Shown piece after piece: positions 1 to 12,991 of a stretch of 64,000 bases of DNA. The notes beneath the pieces are model-generated. The model searched no databases. It was not told the origin of the DNA and saw only the letters and a program-made list of their open reading frames with translations. Every line of letters starts with the position of its first letter. Within the stretch, counting starts at the first letter, position 1. This DNA is from Eledone cirrhosa (taxonomy: Eukaryota), in assembly GCA_964016885.1 (NCBI GenBank), contig OZ024740.1, forward strand, positions 313,348,001 through 313,412,000, written 5' to 3'. The translations under genes and the position numbers were made by a program.

Positions 1-2014
1 ACCTTGTATGAGACGAAGTAGCTTCACTGGAAGGCCGTCCGCCTGCATTATACGCCATAGGGCTTCCCGATCTACCGAGTCGAAGGCAGCTGCAAAGTCG
101 ATGAAGCAGAGTACGGTAGGCTGTTGATGTGCCCACCGTTGTTCCAGGACACGCCGGGGAATGAAGATTTGATCAACGCACCCCCTCCCCGGACGGAAGC
201 CACCCTGAGAAGGACGGGTACGGACATCACGGATGGCCTGGAACCTCTTCAGCAGAAGAATTGCGAAGGTCTTGGCAGCAGCGTCAATTAAACTGATACC
301 CCTGTAGTTGGAACACAGTTTCCTGTCGCCCTTTTTGAAGAAGGGTAGGAGAGTTGCCTCGCTCCAGTCACCAGGGCACCGCTCCGTCGCCCACACCGAG
401 GAGAAGACTCGATGGAGCCAAGCTGCGAAGATATCAGGCTCGGCCTTGTAGACCTCAGCTGGAACGCCATCCTCGCCCGGCGCCTTGTTGTTACGGAGAT
501 GTGTCAGGACACCACGTACCTCCTCGACCATTGGAGGAGCAGTGCCCCACCTTATTCTTCTCCGGAAGCCTGCACGTATGTTGGCGTGGATGGTGGCGGG
601 TAGTTGAGCAGCTCGGAGAAATGGTCCTGCCATCGGACTAACGGGTCCCCCGTTCCAATCACGGATCGTCTCGCTGATACCCGTACTGCTTCGGCTGGCC
701 CGCTTCACCAGTTGGTAGAGCTTGCGCGAGTCACACAGGCTGCTGCCCTCTCCGTCTGCTCTGCAAACTCGCGCCAGTGTGCATTCCGATCGGCCCGAAT
801 AGCCCGAGATGTGCGACGTCGGAGATCTCGAAGATTGGGTGCACCCTCGAGTCGGGCCACTCTCGCCCTCTCCGCGAGTTCAAGAGTGCCGCCGGAGATC
901 CAGTCTCAATGGCGTCCGTGGGCCGACCTGAGATGCTCCCTGGACACCTCAACCGTCACCGCCCTGAGCGCGTTCCACTCCTGGTCCGGTTGCTGTTCTA
1001 CTTCGTTACTCAGCATTTGGAATCGATCTCGCAGCTCTAACCGGAAAGCATTTCCAGCATCGAGCTTGAGTCGCGAGATGTCGATCTTTTTCTGGCGGTT
1101 GGGAGGAGGTTTCGTCCGCAGCCGCAGACGTTGCTCGAACAAGAGTATGGTCTGACCCATGCTCACTCCCCGTATCAGGCCCCCCCCCCCCCCCGATACG
1201 CACGCGAGTCCATCACTGAGTTGGGCCACCGAGATCTGACCAGGATGAAGTCAATCTGATTGGCCGTTCTTTCGTCATTGGATCGCCACGTGACGAGGTG
1301 ACGCCGAGGATGTTGGAACCGGGTGTTGTTGACGATAAGACGATTGGCGTCCGCGAAGGACACGAGCCGTTCACCATTATCACAGCGTACACCTAGGGCG
1401 AAGCGTCCTAGAATATGCCGTGTTGTATCATCAGCCGGCCCCGTCCGCGCATTCCAGTCCCCAGCGACAATGAGAACATCACTGGAGGGGACGCCATCCA
1501 CGGTTGTTTGGAGATCGGCATAGAACTGCGTCTTGCCCGCCTCGTTTGCATTGAGTGTGGGACCGTAGACGGCAATTACGCTGACGTTGGAGATTTGACC
1601 CTTCAATCGAACCAGCGCGAGTCGGTGTGAGATCGGCTGCCACGCCAGCAGAGCCGCTTGCGCGTAGTGGCTGAGCGCTACGGCGACCCCGTGAAGGCCA
1701 CTGTTGTCAGTCACGCCACTATGGTACAAGTGGTAGGAGATGTCCTCGTCAGGAAATTTGATCGGAAGATGACCAACATCGGGATGTCGAACTTCTGAAA
1801 GGCAAGCGACATTAACGCAGTACCTGTGCAGAGCCCTCATTGTAAGTGCCTGGACCCCGTCGTCACGAAGTGTTCGGACGTTCCAGCACAGCACCCTCAA
1901 TTCCTTCCTTCGTCTGAAGAGCAGGACTACTGCGGAAGTAGTCTGTAGAGCCATAGCGGTAGGAGCGCTGTTGCTTTGCATTGCGTTCGTAGCAGGAAGG
2001 CAATTCGTATTCAT
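1..2014 (-). pseudogene. RTE APE-RT ORF, disrupted by a frameshift at the C-run ~1180-1194 and further lesions
   Basis: The APE part ends in DSRAYRGGGG; the continuation (GSEHGSDHTLVR) is in another frame; RT motifs lie downstream. Confidence 0.85.
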
Positions 2015-2350
2015 AGTTCGTATTTGTAGGATTCATGGAAGAAGTGTCATGGGAATAGTGAATTCACAAGCGGTCCCCAAAAATCCCGCATGTATATCCC
2101 GAACGAGGGGAAAAAACGTCTTGTTTGCCGCAGATTCTCCACAGACGCAGAGACAGAAACGACCCGAAGCCGCCGGTTACCGGAGCAGACGCCTCTTGGA
2201 TTTTCACCAGAGCCCCTTTTGCTGGGTTGCAGCCCTAATACCGCTTGGTCCCAGACCAATCCACCTTGGGTGGCCCTACCAGGAACCGAAGTTCCCGACG
2301 GCATAGCTCTGACACTACCCGTTGCCACCGCCTTGCCACGTTGAGGAGGG
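1..2350 (-). mobile_element. RTE-clade non-LTR retrotransposon, 5' half (5'UTR, APE endonuclease, start of RT); continues off the left edge
   Basis: Minus ORF 1175-2014 has APE motifs (CWNVRTL, ACLSEVR, GVAVAL, VYGPT, AGDWNA, QIDFILV). Near 1-290 the minus strand reads QGGFRPGRGCVDQIF...CFIDFAAAFDSVDR (RT). The 5'UTR has AGAGCTATGCC...GTAGGGCCACCCAAG, similar to RTE/BovB 5'UTRs. Confidence 0.92.
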
Positions 2351-2494
2351 GTTGGATTTTAGGTTGGCGTATTGACGGGAAAGCGTCAATTTCTGTGTAG
2401 TTAGTTACTACGGTGATATCTATCTGTCTTTCATACACAATCACTCGCACTGTATTTCTCTCTGAACATTTCGTATGAAAAACATAGTTTGACT

Positions 2495-2564
2495 TACGAA
2501 CATTTCGGGTAACGAACGGCCTTCAGGTACGAATTAAGTAAAGTCGTGAACCGAGGTTCCACTC
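2495..2564. mobile_element. Possible Tc1/pogo (Tigger-like) MITE terminus, decayed
   Basis: Ends gtcgtgaaccgaggttccact, resembling the reverse complement of CAGTGGAACCTCGG-type TIRs. No partner TIR seen. Confidence 0.35.
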
Positions 2565-2869
2565 TTATAGTGTACGTTGGTAAATATGGGATTTCTTGTA
2601 ATGTTCCTTTTTTTTGTTATATATGTTTTTTTTTAATGTAAAATAAAATTACTATTAGATTCTCCAGCTGCTGTCTCAATATGAATCACGTACAATAAAA
2701 TTTCGCCAGAGATAGATTAGCAATATATCATAACTCGTGTGTTACACCTCTATTCTTTTAAATATATATATATATATATATATATATGCATATATGTCAA
2801 TATATATGTGTATATATATGTATATGTATATGTATATTTATATGTATATATAAGAAAATGAGTTTTTTT

Positions 2870-2995
2870 AAATAAAAAACGAGATGTCCTACACGAGTGA
2901 AAGTATAAGGTAAAGAAATCGAAAATGCAACCGGTTTCACAGTTCTTATGCTTTTCAAATGTATAATTGAATTAGAGGGTTTGTGGTTTATGTCG
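2870..2995 (-). repeat. Dispersed repeat family B, homologous to 31730-31910, with a damaged U3-A8 hammerhead
   Basis: Shares tgtcctacacgagtgaaagtataa...gaaatcgaa.atgcaac and ccggtttc.cagttctt.tgcttttcaaa with 31746-31875. Confidence 0.75.
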
Positions 2996-3008
2996 CATAT
3001 ATGTATCT

Positions 3009-3083
<75 letters not shown>

Positions 3084-3829
3084 CAGGGTAAGAAAATACA
3101 GATAAGATTTTCCCAAGAGAAAGAAATACAACAATAGTATACAAACAATACATTAGTCATGGAGGACTAGATCAGTCTAGCCATAGCCAAGAATTTCCCC
3201 ACAACCCCAACATATCAAAACGAAATACAAAGTACTTAAAACTACGCTCAAAGTCTCACGTAAACAGTTCACCACACTCATGCATCACTTAACAATAAAA
3301 CAGAAATTAAAGGTCATTTGAATATGTGAGGGACATAGTTTGTTATCGTAGCAAGTTTTACACCCTTCAATCGTTACCACAACATAAAAAAAAGCCGTTA
3401 CTAAACATCCAGACACACATGCAACGTTTCAGAACACTATTACACCATCTTAAAAATAAGTGAGTCCACCAGGTTAGATCAGACAAGCAAAATGGACATA
3501 TAAACACAAAAATAACTGTAACAGCATGAACCCCCCAAATATGGTACAGAGATTCACAAAAAAAAAAAAAAAAAAAAAAAATACAGAAGAACAGCAACTA
3601 TCATGCTTTGAGCTTGTCTTCATTGCTTGTTTCCTCTGTGGTTACCTCCAGTTGTACAGGTATAGACTGGATAAAGGAATGAGAACAATGTAGCTACCAT
3701 TTTACTTTTTAATCCCACATGATTCATCATTATATGTCAGAGTGTGTAATATAGACCACAAGAAGGCAGAGACATGGTATAACTGCGAAGATGGTTATTG
3801 GCGTCACAATTCGTTGTTCGGTCAGCTAC

Positions 3830-4028
3830 CCGTGTTCCATAGTATTATTTGATGAAATCTGATCTGGAATTACCTGTATTCCATAGGACCTGGAATTACC
3901 TGTGTGCCATAGTATTGTTTGATGAAATCTGACCTAGAATTATCTGTGTTCCATAGTATTGTTTGATGAAATCTGACCTGGAATTACCTGTGTTCCATAG
4001 TATTGTATCAAATCTGACCTGGAATTAC
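3830..4028. repeat. Tandem repeat, ~43-bp unit, ~4.5 imperfect copies
   Basis: Unit tgtgttccatagtattgtttgatgaaatctgacctggaattacc. Confidence 0.9.
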
Positions 4029-4968
4029 ACAGCAGCGGCACCTTCACCAACACGAACCCCCTATATAATATAATAAATCCTCTAAAGTGGGATTGTCATA
4101 GCTAGAATGTTAGAATATCTTTGATTAATCATAATTGACTTGTTTTTTTGTTCTTTTTTGAGAATTGAATATTTTAGTTGTATAAATAGCATTACAAATC
4201 ACGGCGGACTCGCAAAGGTGGCTTAAAAACCATTGGTAATTATATAAATATGAAAAAGAAAGATAAAAACAAAATTAAGTAACGAGAAAAAGTGGAAGGC
4301 TAAAGAAGGACATATCTGGCTGGATGGGAAAGTAGAAACAACAACAGCAACAACAACAACAACAACAGAATCAGCAACGGTTCCAACACCACTAACTTTA
4401 TTCACCATCAATGCTACCAGCACCACTTTCACTAAAACACCACAATTAAAACTTCTACTTCATGACCAACCAATCTTACCATCCTCACCACCTACACAAC
4501 TGCTAGCATCACCATAACCACTACCGTGAAAAGAACAACAATCAAATTTATAAAAAAATAGTATTTCCATCCCGAATCTATCCTCGATAAGTGTGATGGT
4601 GTTGGGTAGGGTGTGTGTGGGAAAACTAGGAAAGATGGTACATCTACAATAAAGAAGCAAAGAAGCCTTGTTCAATAAAAATAGCCTGAAATAATAAAAA
4701 AGGATTGGTTTATATAAATATATTAAAAATGATGACGTTAAGAAGAAGGATATCTGGTATAAGGATCCACCGAGAGATGTCACTGTCGGAAGTTACCAAC
4801 TCAACCTCAGTTTATTAGACAGATAATATTAAATGTGTAACGTGTGATTGAGTGCATTTGTCTGTTAGTTCGTAGTTATTCAATTTAGTTTGTAGATCTT
4901 ATGATACTCGTGCACCGCGTGTAGAGGCTTGTCTATGATTACGTATACACATATACACACACAAATGC

Positions 4969-5035
<67 letters not shown>

Positions 5036-5220
5036 TATATATTATATATGTATACACACACACACACGCACACACATATATATATATATATATCGCCTGT
5101 AGAAGCTTGTGTATGATTACGTATATACATATACACACAGACAAATATTTATATAGACCGGTAATCAGCCTAACATGATACACACACACACGCGCACGTA
5201 TATATATATATATGTGTATT

Positions 5221-5480
5221 ATCTATATATCTAAAACAGAGAATGTCTGTCTATCTGTCTGTAGGTCTACTCCCTAAAACTCGAGAACCACCCAACCGAT
5301 TGTTTTCAAACTTTACACTGTAATACTTATGGTCGTGTGACTGTTTTGCCAAAAAATATTTCAAATTTTCAATGCCCTAGGGACTGTATTAGGCAATTTA
5401 GCGATCTCTCTATAATTCTTAGTCTGTCTTTTTAGATAGATACATAGCTACAACGTCGCGCCCTTATAATATCTGTCTAT
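5221..5480 (+). mobile_element. Non-autonomous Helitron-like 5' fragment
   Basis: Begins atctatatatctaaaacagagaatgtctgtctatctgtctg, a typical Helitron-N 5' pattern. 5420-5480 matches 48555-48620 in inverted orientation. Confidence 0.5.
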
Positions 5481-5507
5481 CTGTGTGTGTATATATATGT
5501 ATATATA

Positions 5508-5585
<78 letters not shown>

Positions 5586-5643
5586 TATTAAAAAAATAAT
5601 GAATAAACAAAGAAACAGTTCCTTATATTAAACAAAAAAAGTT

Positions 5644-5783
5644 CATTATTTTACGATCGTTTCTAGGACATATATGTGTTAGAATTGGTATGCATATTCT
5701 ATAGATCTATGTACAATATTTATACAAACTATCAGAGGGAATATACATACCTTCACATATATATGCTGTCTTCAGAAATAATG
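5644..5783 (-). ncRNA. Type I hammerhead ribozyme with ~105-nt stem II, in the pLTR of the autonomous PLE
   Basis: CATTATTT-CTGAAGA-[105-nt hairpin]-GAAA-CGATCG-TA-AAATAATG: 8-bp stem I and palindromic stem III. Confidence 0.8.
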
Positions 5784-6769
5784 ATGCTTGTTTATTGATA
5801 AGAACAAAGATTCAATACAATAGGTCTGTTTGGGAACAGGTTTTGAATAGACAAATGAAATAGAGATTGAAATATATAAAAATCTATCAAGAAATATAGT
5901 TAGGTGTGTGTATATGTATGTAAATACGCTCACAGATGTGCATATATGTGTATGCACATATGTATACGTATAGTGAAAAAGTGTGTGTAAATCTAAAATT
6001 TAGGGCAAATGTATCTGTATGTCTGTAATCTACAGACAGAATAGATACATCATAAGTATATGAATAAGAAGGCGCGCGCATAAACACGCCTACACATACG
6101 TACACTTAGATGCGGAAGTAAAAGAGGTAAGGGCGTGTAATACTTAAAGGAAAGTATCAATCTCGATATATTTATAAAAATGTAACAATAAATTAGAAAG
6201 AAAAAATTTTAGAAAGAAAAAACTAAAGAAAAGAAGACAAAAAAAAAAAAAGGGTACATACATACACAGACACGCATGTCTCACAAAAGAAACGCAAAAA
6301 TATACATGCTTATATACACACGCACACTTACACATCCATACGTTCGATACGTACATACACACACACACATACTTACACTCACGCATATTGACCTGTTTGC
6401 ATGCACACGCATAAAAATAAGTAAAACATATACCCATACATATATATATACACATATATATATACACACATACACATGTACATATACAACCACACACACA
6501 CACACATACATATATATACACATACACACACATATACACAGTCACACACATATACACATATATACATATATATACATATATCTACACATACATATATATG
6601 TATTTTTACACTCTCATACATACACACATACATACATACACACTTATATATACATACACACATCCACGCTTACATATACATATAATTATTGGGGGGGGGG
6701 GGGATTAAATTTATTAGTGGGAAATAGTAAATATATAGGTTTCAAGGAACATAGAGTCATAACCTGAAG

Positions 6770-7610
6770 TTAAAGCTTTAGGAAATGGTATTTGTAAGAA
6801 GGAAAGCCAAATTATGTAGTTCATCATATTAGAATATTAATTATAGGTTAACTAAAATAAAAATAGTTTATATATTAATTTCTAAGGTGTATACTAATTA
6901 GGTTTATAATATTTAAAGCGGAATTATGTAGTTCAACAGTAGTAGAATATTAATTATAGCTTAACTAAATTAAAAATAATTACATATGTTTACTTAATGG
7001 TATCAGTTTTAGGAAATGATATTTGTAAGAAGGAAAGCCAAATTATGTAGTTCATCGGTAGTAGAATATTAATTATAGGTTAACTAAATTAAAAATAGTT
7101 TATATATTAATTTCTATAGTGTATATTAATTAGGTTTATAATATTTAAAGCAGAATTTTGTATTTTATCTGTAGTAGAATTTTAATTATAGGTTAACTAA
7201 ATTAAAATTAATCTATATATTAATTTCTAAAGTGTATATTAATTAGGTTTATATTTAAATGTTTTTCTCAGTTTATGATTACACGATATTATGTATTTCA
7301 TCTGTAGTAGAATTTTAATTATAAGTTAACTAAATTAAAATTATAGGTTAACTAAATTAAAATTAATCTATATATTAATTTCTAAAGTGTATATTAATTA
7401 GGTTTATAATATTTAAATGTTTTTCTCAGTTTATGATTACACGATATTTTGTATTTCATCTGTAGTAGAATTTTAATTATAGGTTAACTAAATTAAAATT
7501 ATCGGTTAACTACATTAAAATTAATTTATATATTACTTTCTAAAATGTATATTAATTAGGTTTATAATATTTAAATGTTTTTCTCAGTTTATGATTACAC
7601 GATATTATTA
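6770..7610 (-). repeat. Degenerate tandem amplification of the PLE ORF 3' end and proximal 3'UTR
   Basis: attaattaggtttat...aaatgtttttctcagtttatgattacacgatatt at ~7238, 7393 and 7551; gtagtagaat.ttaattataggttaactaaattaaaa recurs many times. Confidence 0.85.
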
Positions 7611-10006
7611 ATTCATGTCGCTTATTTAATAGGTTTTCCTTAGATTTCATTATTTCGAAAAGTTCTTGGGAACACAATCTACATTCATTTCTACTATTTT
7701 GATAAGGAGTGGCTCTTTTGAGCACACTCCAGGTCATGTCATATTCTATATTCCTCTTTCTATAACTATTAATTTTTTCTGCTAGAGATGTTGTATTAGC
7801 TAGTGCGGCATTTTTAAAACTATGTTTGTGGGTATTAAATCTTACCTTAAAATTGTTAGAAGTAGCTCCTATATATGAACAAATAGAGTCCTTAGTGTTA
7901 ACTTTACATTTATATACTATGTTATTAACAAGGCAATTTCCTTTTAATGGGCAGTTTGTCTTGTTTCTACAGTTACAACTTTTCGTTAATCCTGTATTTG
8001 AGGAGATATTATGGCTAGTTTGATGTACTGGTGGTATACTTATGGTTTTTTTTACATTTATATACATTATAGGCACTTATATTTTGTTTTATGTTTTTGG
8101 TTGTTGAGTATGAGAATTTAACTGTTGATCTATTTAAGATTTGATGGTATTTGTGGTTTGGCGGGAAGTTTTTCTCTAGGATATTAAAGAATTTTTTAGG
8201 TATATTATCCTTAACTTGTAAATTAAATGGAGCATTATACCAAGTAACTCGTCTATTACGGTTTCTATGTTGTTTATTGTTTTTATAGGATGCATCCTGA
8301 TGTTTACTAGGAGAATTATTGTTAATGACCTCTCCACACACATTTTTAGTTAGATTTATTGATTTAGGTGTTTTAGCTTGTTTATTATGAGTTTTATTAT
8401 TAACATTTATTAGAGTTGTAGGATGAGTAGTTTTTTGAGAGTTACTATACGGTATATTAGAGGAGTTAGAGAAATTTGGTTTTATGTTGGTATTTTGGGG
8501 TATAGTGTGAGTGGCATTTAGGTGTGTACGTTTCATTTGGTGTTTGTTGGTAATATTAGGTTGTATGTTTGTAGTGTTATTGGTAGAAGGTATATATTCC
8601 AATCTATTTTTGTGGCCACTTCTAGCTAGAGCTTCGTTATAAAAAGTCGCATTTTTATCAAATACATCTTGGTTAGACGAAAGGTTAGAAATTCTAAGTG
8701 ATATATTATATGCAAGGTTTTTAAGGATAGATTTAGGGTGATTAGATTGTGAGTGTATGTAGTGTAAATTTTGGTTGGGTTTATGGTAAGGTTGGTAGAT
8801 ACCAGTAGCTAAGTCTAATGTTATATCTAGGAAATTAACTACTTTACTTGTGTTTTCAAATGTAATATCTAGACTATAATAGTCTTTAAGGAAAGTTCTA
8901 ATAAGCTTTTTGTTTTTTTCTATCTCTGAGAGGCTAAGGTTATTGGAAAGAAGAAGACAGTCGTCACGATATAAACCACCTTTAAGGTGGGGAAAGGAAG
9001 CATTTATGTTAAAAAGAAGAAAGAGGCCCACAAGATCAGTAATTTGGGCAGAATCGCTTGAGCCCATAGTAATATCAAATAGATTACTATATGTGTTTCT
9101 GGTCCAGTATTCATTCTGAAATTCCAGTAGTGTTAGTCTAGCATGTGTAATAATATTAATGTCATCCAAAGTTAAGTTAGATCTATTTTTAGCAAATATC
9201 AAGGCTTTGTTCAGGAGTATAGGTGATATAGAAGAATAGTAATTATCTATATCAAATTGTAGAAATGAAGCAGAGGATTTATATCTAATATTATTAAACC
9301 AGTTAATTACCTGGGATGTGTTTTCCCAGAGTGGTAAATTAACATGTTTTCTTAGTTGTGGGATGACTCTATCTAAAATTTTTTTACTAATTATTCCAAT
9401 ATCGGATTTGGAAGGGCATATAAGTCTTATAGAAGGATTAGAGTTAAAGTTTGATTTATGATCTTTCAGGTTGAAGTGTGGTCTTTTCAATGCCAAAGGT
9501 TCAGTTCTATCTTCAATATTAAGTCTATTCACTATGCTGTGTGTTTTGTTGTTGATGTTGGTAAGTGACGCATTATTAGTTTTTCTATAATTTTTCCTGA
9601 GTTCTTTATATATGAACTCGTTGTAATTTTCAATATCCATGTGATATAGGTTTCCAGTTTTGTCCGAGTGGACATGGATTTTTTTAGATTTTTTTAGGTC
9701 CAATAGGGTAGAATCAAGGTCCTTTTGAAAGTTAGATTTATACCTCTTAAATTTGAGGTGTTTGATTAAATTAAAAAGGTCTTTCTCAAAGTTTTCAAGT
9801 AGAGAGTTGTGTGGTGGATTTTTATATGTAGTGAAATCATACAGATATTTCCTATCTGTACATTTTGATTTTTTATCGAAGTGGTAGGCCCTCCATCTGA
9901 CTCTTCTGATAAATTGGTTGGTTTTTTGTATCATAAGAAGTAAGAAATCATCCTTAGAAGGTAATGGTATATTCTTTAAAGAAGTTCCCAAGTGTTGCTT
10001 TTCCAT
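7552..10006 (-). CDS. PLE reverse transcriptase plus GIY-YIG endonuclease (~817 aa), one frameshift near the A-run at ~8046-8053
   Basis: ATG at 10006 (MEKQHLGTSLKNIPLP...FIRRVRWRA). Motifs: SDKTGN, FDIDNYYSSI, MGSSDSAQ, GLYRDD, NFLDITL, CNCRxxxxCPLxGxC, IVYKC...YIGAT...RFNTH, CRLC...LNKRHE. Confidence 0.9.
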
Positions 10007-10469
10007 TGTGATATGGATAATGGACAAGAAAAAGAGCTCAACTATTTGTATATGGAGTTATAAAGCCATACATATATATGTATATATATATATATATAAA
10101 TTTACATACACATACAATACAAAAATTAGAATATCTCCGTGAAAATAGGAGCAAAGTATGTATATAAATCTACCAAAAGTTTACGGTAGTGTCCAATCCG
10201 TATGAAGAACTCAATGTAATCCGGATATCATGAAAAGAAAAGATGCATTCAAAAACCACTTTCGGTGAAAAATAAACGGAAAACAGAGTCAAGATAAATT
10301 ATTAAAAAAATAATGAATAAACAAAGAAATAATTTATCTTGACTCTGTTTTCCATTTATTTTTCACCGAAAGTGGTTTTTGAATGCATCTTTCCTTTTCA
10401 TGATATCCGGATTACATTGAGTTCTTCATACGGATTGGACACTACCGTAAACTTTTGGTAGATTTATCT

Positions 10470-10519
<50 letters not shown>

Positions 10520-10521
<2 letters not shown>

Positions 10522-10627
10522 TGTAACGTTTTTCGAAATATTTACTTCTGCGTTCACAGATTGATATTTTTTTCTTTTCAGAAGATCACGTTAAGGGTGA
10601 AAGCAGCGATTCTTTGCTTAAACTTTA

Positions 10628-10630
<3 letters not shown>
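10520..10630. repeat. Dispersed repeat family C fragment; other pieces at ~13370, 19540-19690, 33575-33790, 34768-34840 and 47881-48160
   Basis: Shared ttaagggtgaaagcagcgattctttgcttaaactttaa in both orientations. Confidence 0.8.
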
Positions 10631-10666
<36 letters not shown>

Positions 10667-10834
10667 ATATATATATATTTATTTATATATATATATATAT
10701 ATATAATTTATATATATATATATAAATGTAGTAATTCCGTCGGAAAGGTCCAGGAAAAAAGAGTGCTCTATGTAGGTTACAGAGCTTAATAGTTATGTAA
10801 TAAACAACATAAGGCATATATATATATATAGTTT

Positions 10835-10894
<60 letters not shown>

Positions 10895-11093
10895 TTTTTC
10901 TCCTTATGTAGAGAACAAAACATTGTATCGTGCTGCTAGTTTTAGTGGCATGATCAACAAGTTTATAATAAACAACTCTTACTTGTGACCTAATTTTGCG
11001 TGTGTGTCATTTTAACGGCCTGACCGCATGCGTTAGGCAGGAAGCGAAATATTGACTTACTGTGAGATTAGCAACCTTATAGTATGGAAATAA

Positions 11094-11173
11094 GCTGTCT
11101 GAAGATCTAATTCTTTCCATTGGAAATTCTCTGGATTTCCAATCTTTGGATTGGTGAAACCGTCGATAACAGC
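11094..11173 (+). ncRNA. Type I hammerhead ribozyme, extended stem II
   Basis: GCTGT-CTGAAGA-T.CTAATTC..ATTGGAAAT..ATTTCCAAT..GGATTGG.T-GAAA-CCGTCGA-TA-ACAGC. Confidence 0.75.
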
Positions 11174-11246
11174 AACAGAACAGGTGATTATTTAAATCGT
11201 TTTTTAATTTATTTAAATGATTGTTCGATAATTGCTTGCTCCGCTC

Positions 11247-11317
<71 letters not shown>

Positions 11318-11399
11318 AAAATGGAACGGGAACAAAACAGAGAGGCAGTACGAACAAAGGTTTATTAGTTTCACACTCGGGGGGGGGGGCATATATATA

Positions 11400-11549
11400 T
11401 ATAATTATATATTCGTGTACAGATATTTTTGCATACACAACAAAATATAAACAAACGTATTTATTTCACGAGGCTCGATAAGGATAAATATATATCAAAT
11501 ATATAAGAAACCTGAGCAAATCCCGAGCAACGCCGGGCATTTCTGTTAG
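11400..11549 (+). mobile_element. Helitron-like 3' end; inverted homolog at 48164-48310
   Basis: GC hairpin cccgagcaacgccggg followed ~8 nt later by TTAG here and CTAG in the 48164 copy. Confidence 0.55.
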
Positions 11550-12070
11550 TGATGGAATAAAGTTTACATCTGTTATTTCGTCGATTTTTTTTATATGCTC
11601 AGTGCTGAATATGATGTTGTTTTCTCAAAGCATTGGTCGCATTCTAGCTGTCTGATAAGGTCATAGCTGTTGCATAATGGTTATCACCAAAATATATATA
11701 ACAGCGAATATGAATAAACAAAGTTAAATTTAAACTGTTGACTTGCTGCTCATAGCTTCGTACTTACATGCATACACACTCTTTTACTCACATATACACA
11801 CACATTTCTTCTTAGCTTCGTAAGGACGTATAATAACACACACACATGCTTACGCACGTGCACAAGTATAGCTCTTTTTACAAAATGTTTTTTTTTTCCA
11901 TTTCAAGTAGACGCGCTCCATCATCCACTTTTCTGAAAAGTAAATCATACACAAAACGCCAGCACCAACTGTTTTGCAAGAGATGTCAACATGAATGGAC
12001 CTGTTATTTTTATCTAAAAACGTTTTTTCCAATTCCAACCCGCCCTCAATCTATCTTATTTCTCATTCTT

Positions 12071-12106
12071 TCTTCTGATGAAGGACTAGCGTCCGAAACG
12101 TTAAGA
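12071..12106 (+). ncRNA. Minimal PLE-type hammerhead ribozyme
   Basis: TCTT-CTGATGA-A-GGAC-TAGC-GTCC-GAAA-CG-TT-AAGA, with palindromic AACGTT in stem III. A truncated relative lies at ~36633-36665. Confidence 0.75.
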
Positions 12107-12186
12107 CCCTTTTCCTGCTATATCAAGCGTTAACCTAATATATACTTTCCATATACTGTACCGATTGTGTTGTTATTTCTGTTTAC

Positions 12187-12375
<189 letters not shown>

Positions 12376-12566
12376 AGGGAGACACAAAGCGGGCTTTGTT
12401 TACAAACAGTTATCAAATTTGAAAATTATGTAACGTGCTAACGCCGTATTTGACTAAATAAAATTAGTCTGTTAGTTGGGATTTAAAAAAACCCATCTGA
12501 ATTGAAAAAAAGATGAGTATTTACATACATGGGACACAAACCCACATCTTTGGTTTGCCGGACCAA

Positions 12567-12978
<412 letters not shown>

Positions 12979-12991
12979 TATATATATATAT

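Larger units (their letters stand above)
5581..10467 (-). mobile_element. Penelope-like element, probably Naiad clade, with ~35-bp terminal redundancy and a 5' inverted pLTR, flanked by (TA)n
   Basis: RT plus C-terminal GIY-YIG ORF. 5581-5615 equals ~10295-10329. Inverted repeat ~10166-10301 / 10330-10467. Hammerhead at 5644-5783. (TA)n on both sides. Confidence 0.88.

Noticed and set aside
4560-4790. Possible decayed PLE RT fragment; similar impression at 18860-19070
   Set aside because: Only faint resemblance, with no intact catalytic motif.
5695-5740. SECIS-like TGAT...AAA...AGAT inside the hammerhead stem II
   Set aside because: Helix II pairs poorly, the AAA is not kept in the 38600 copy, and the ORF has no in-frame TGA.
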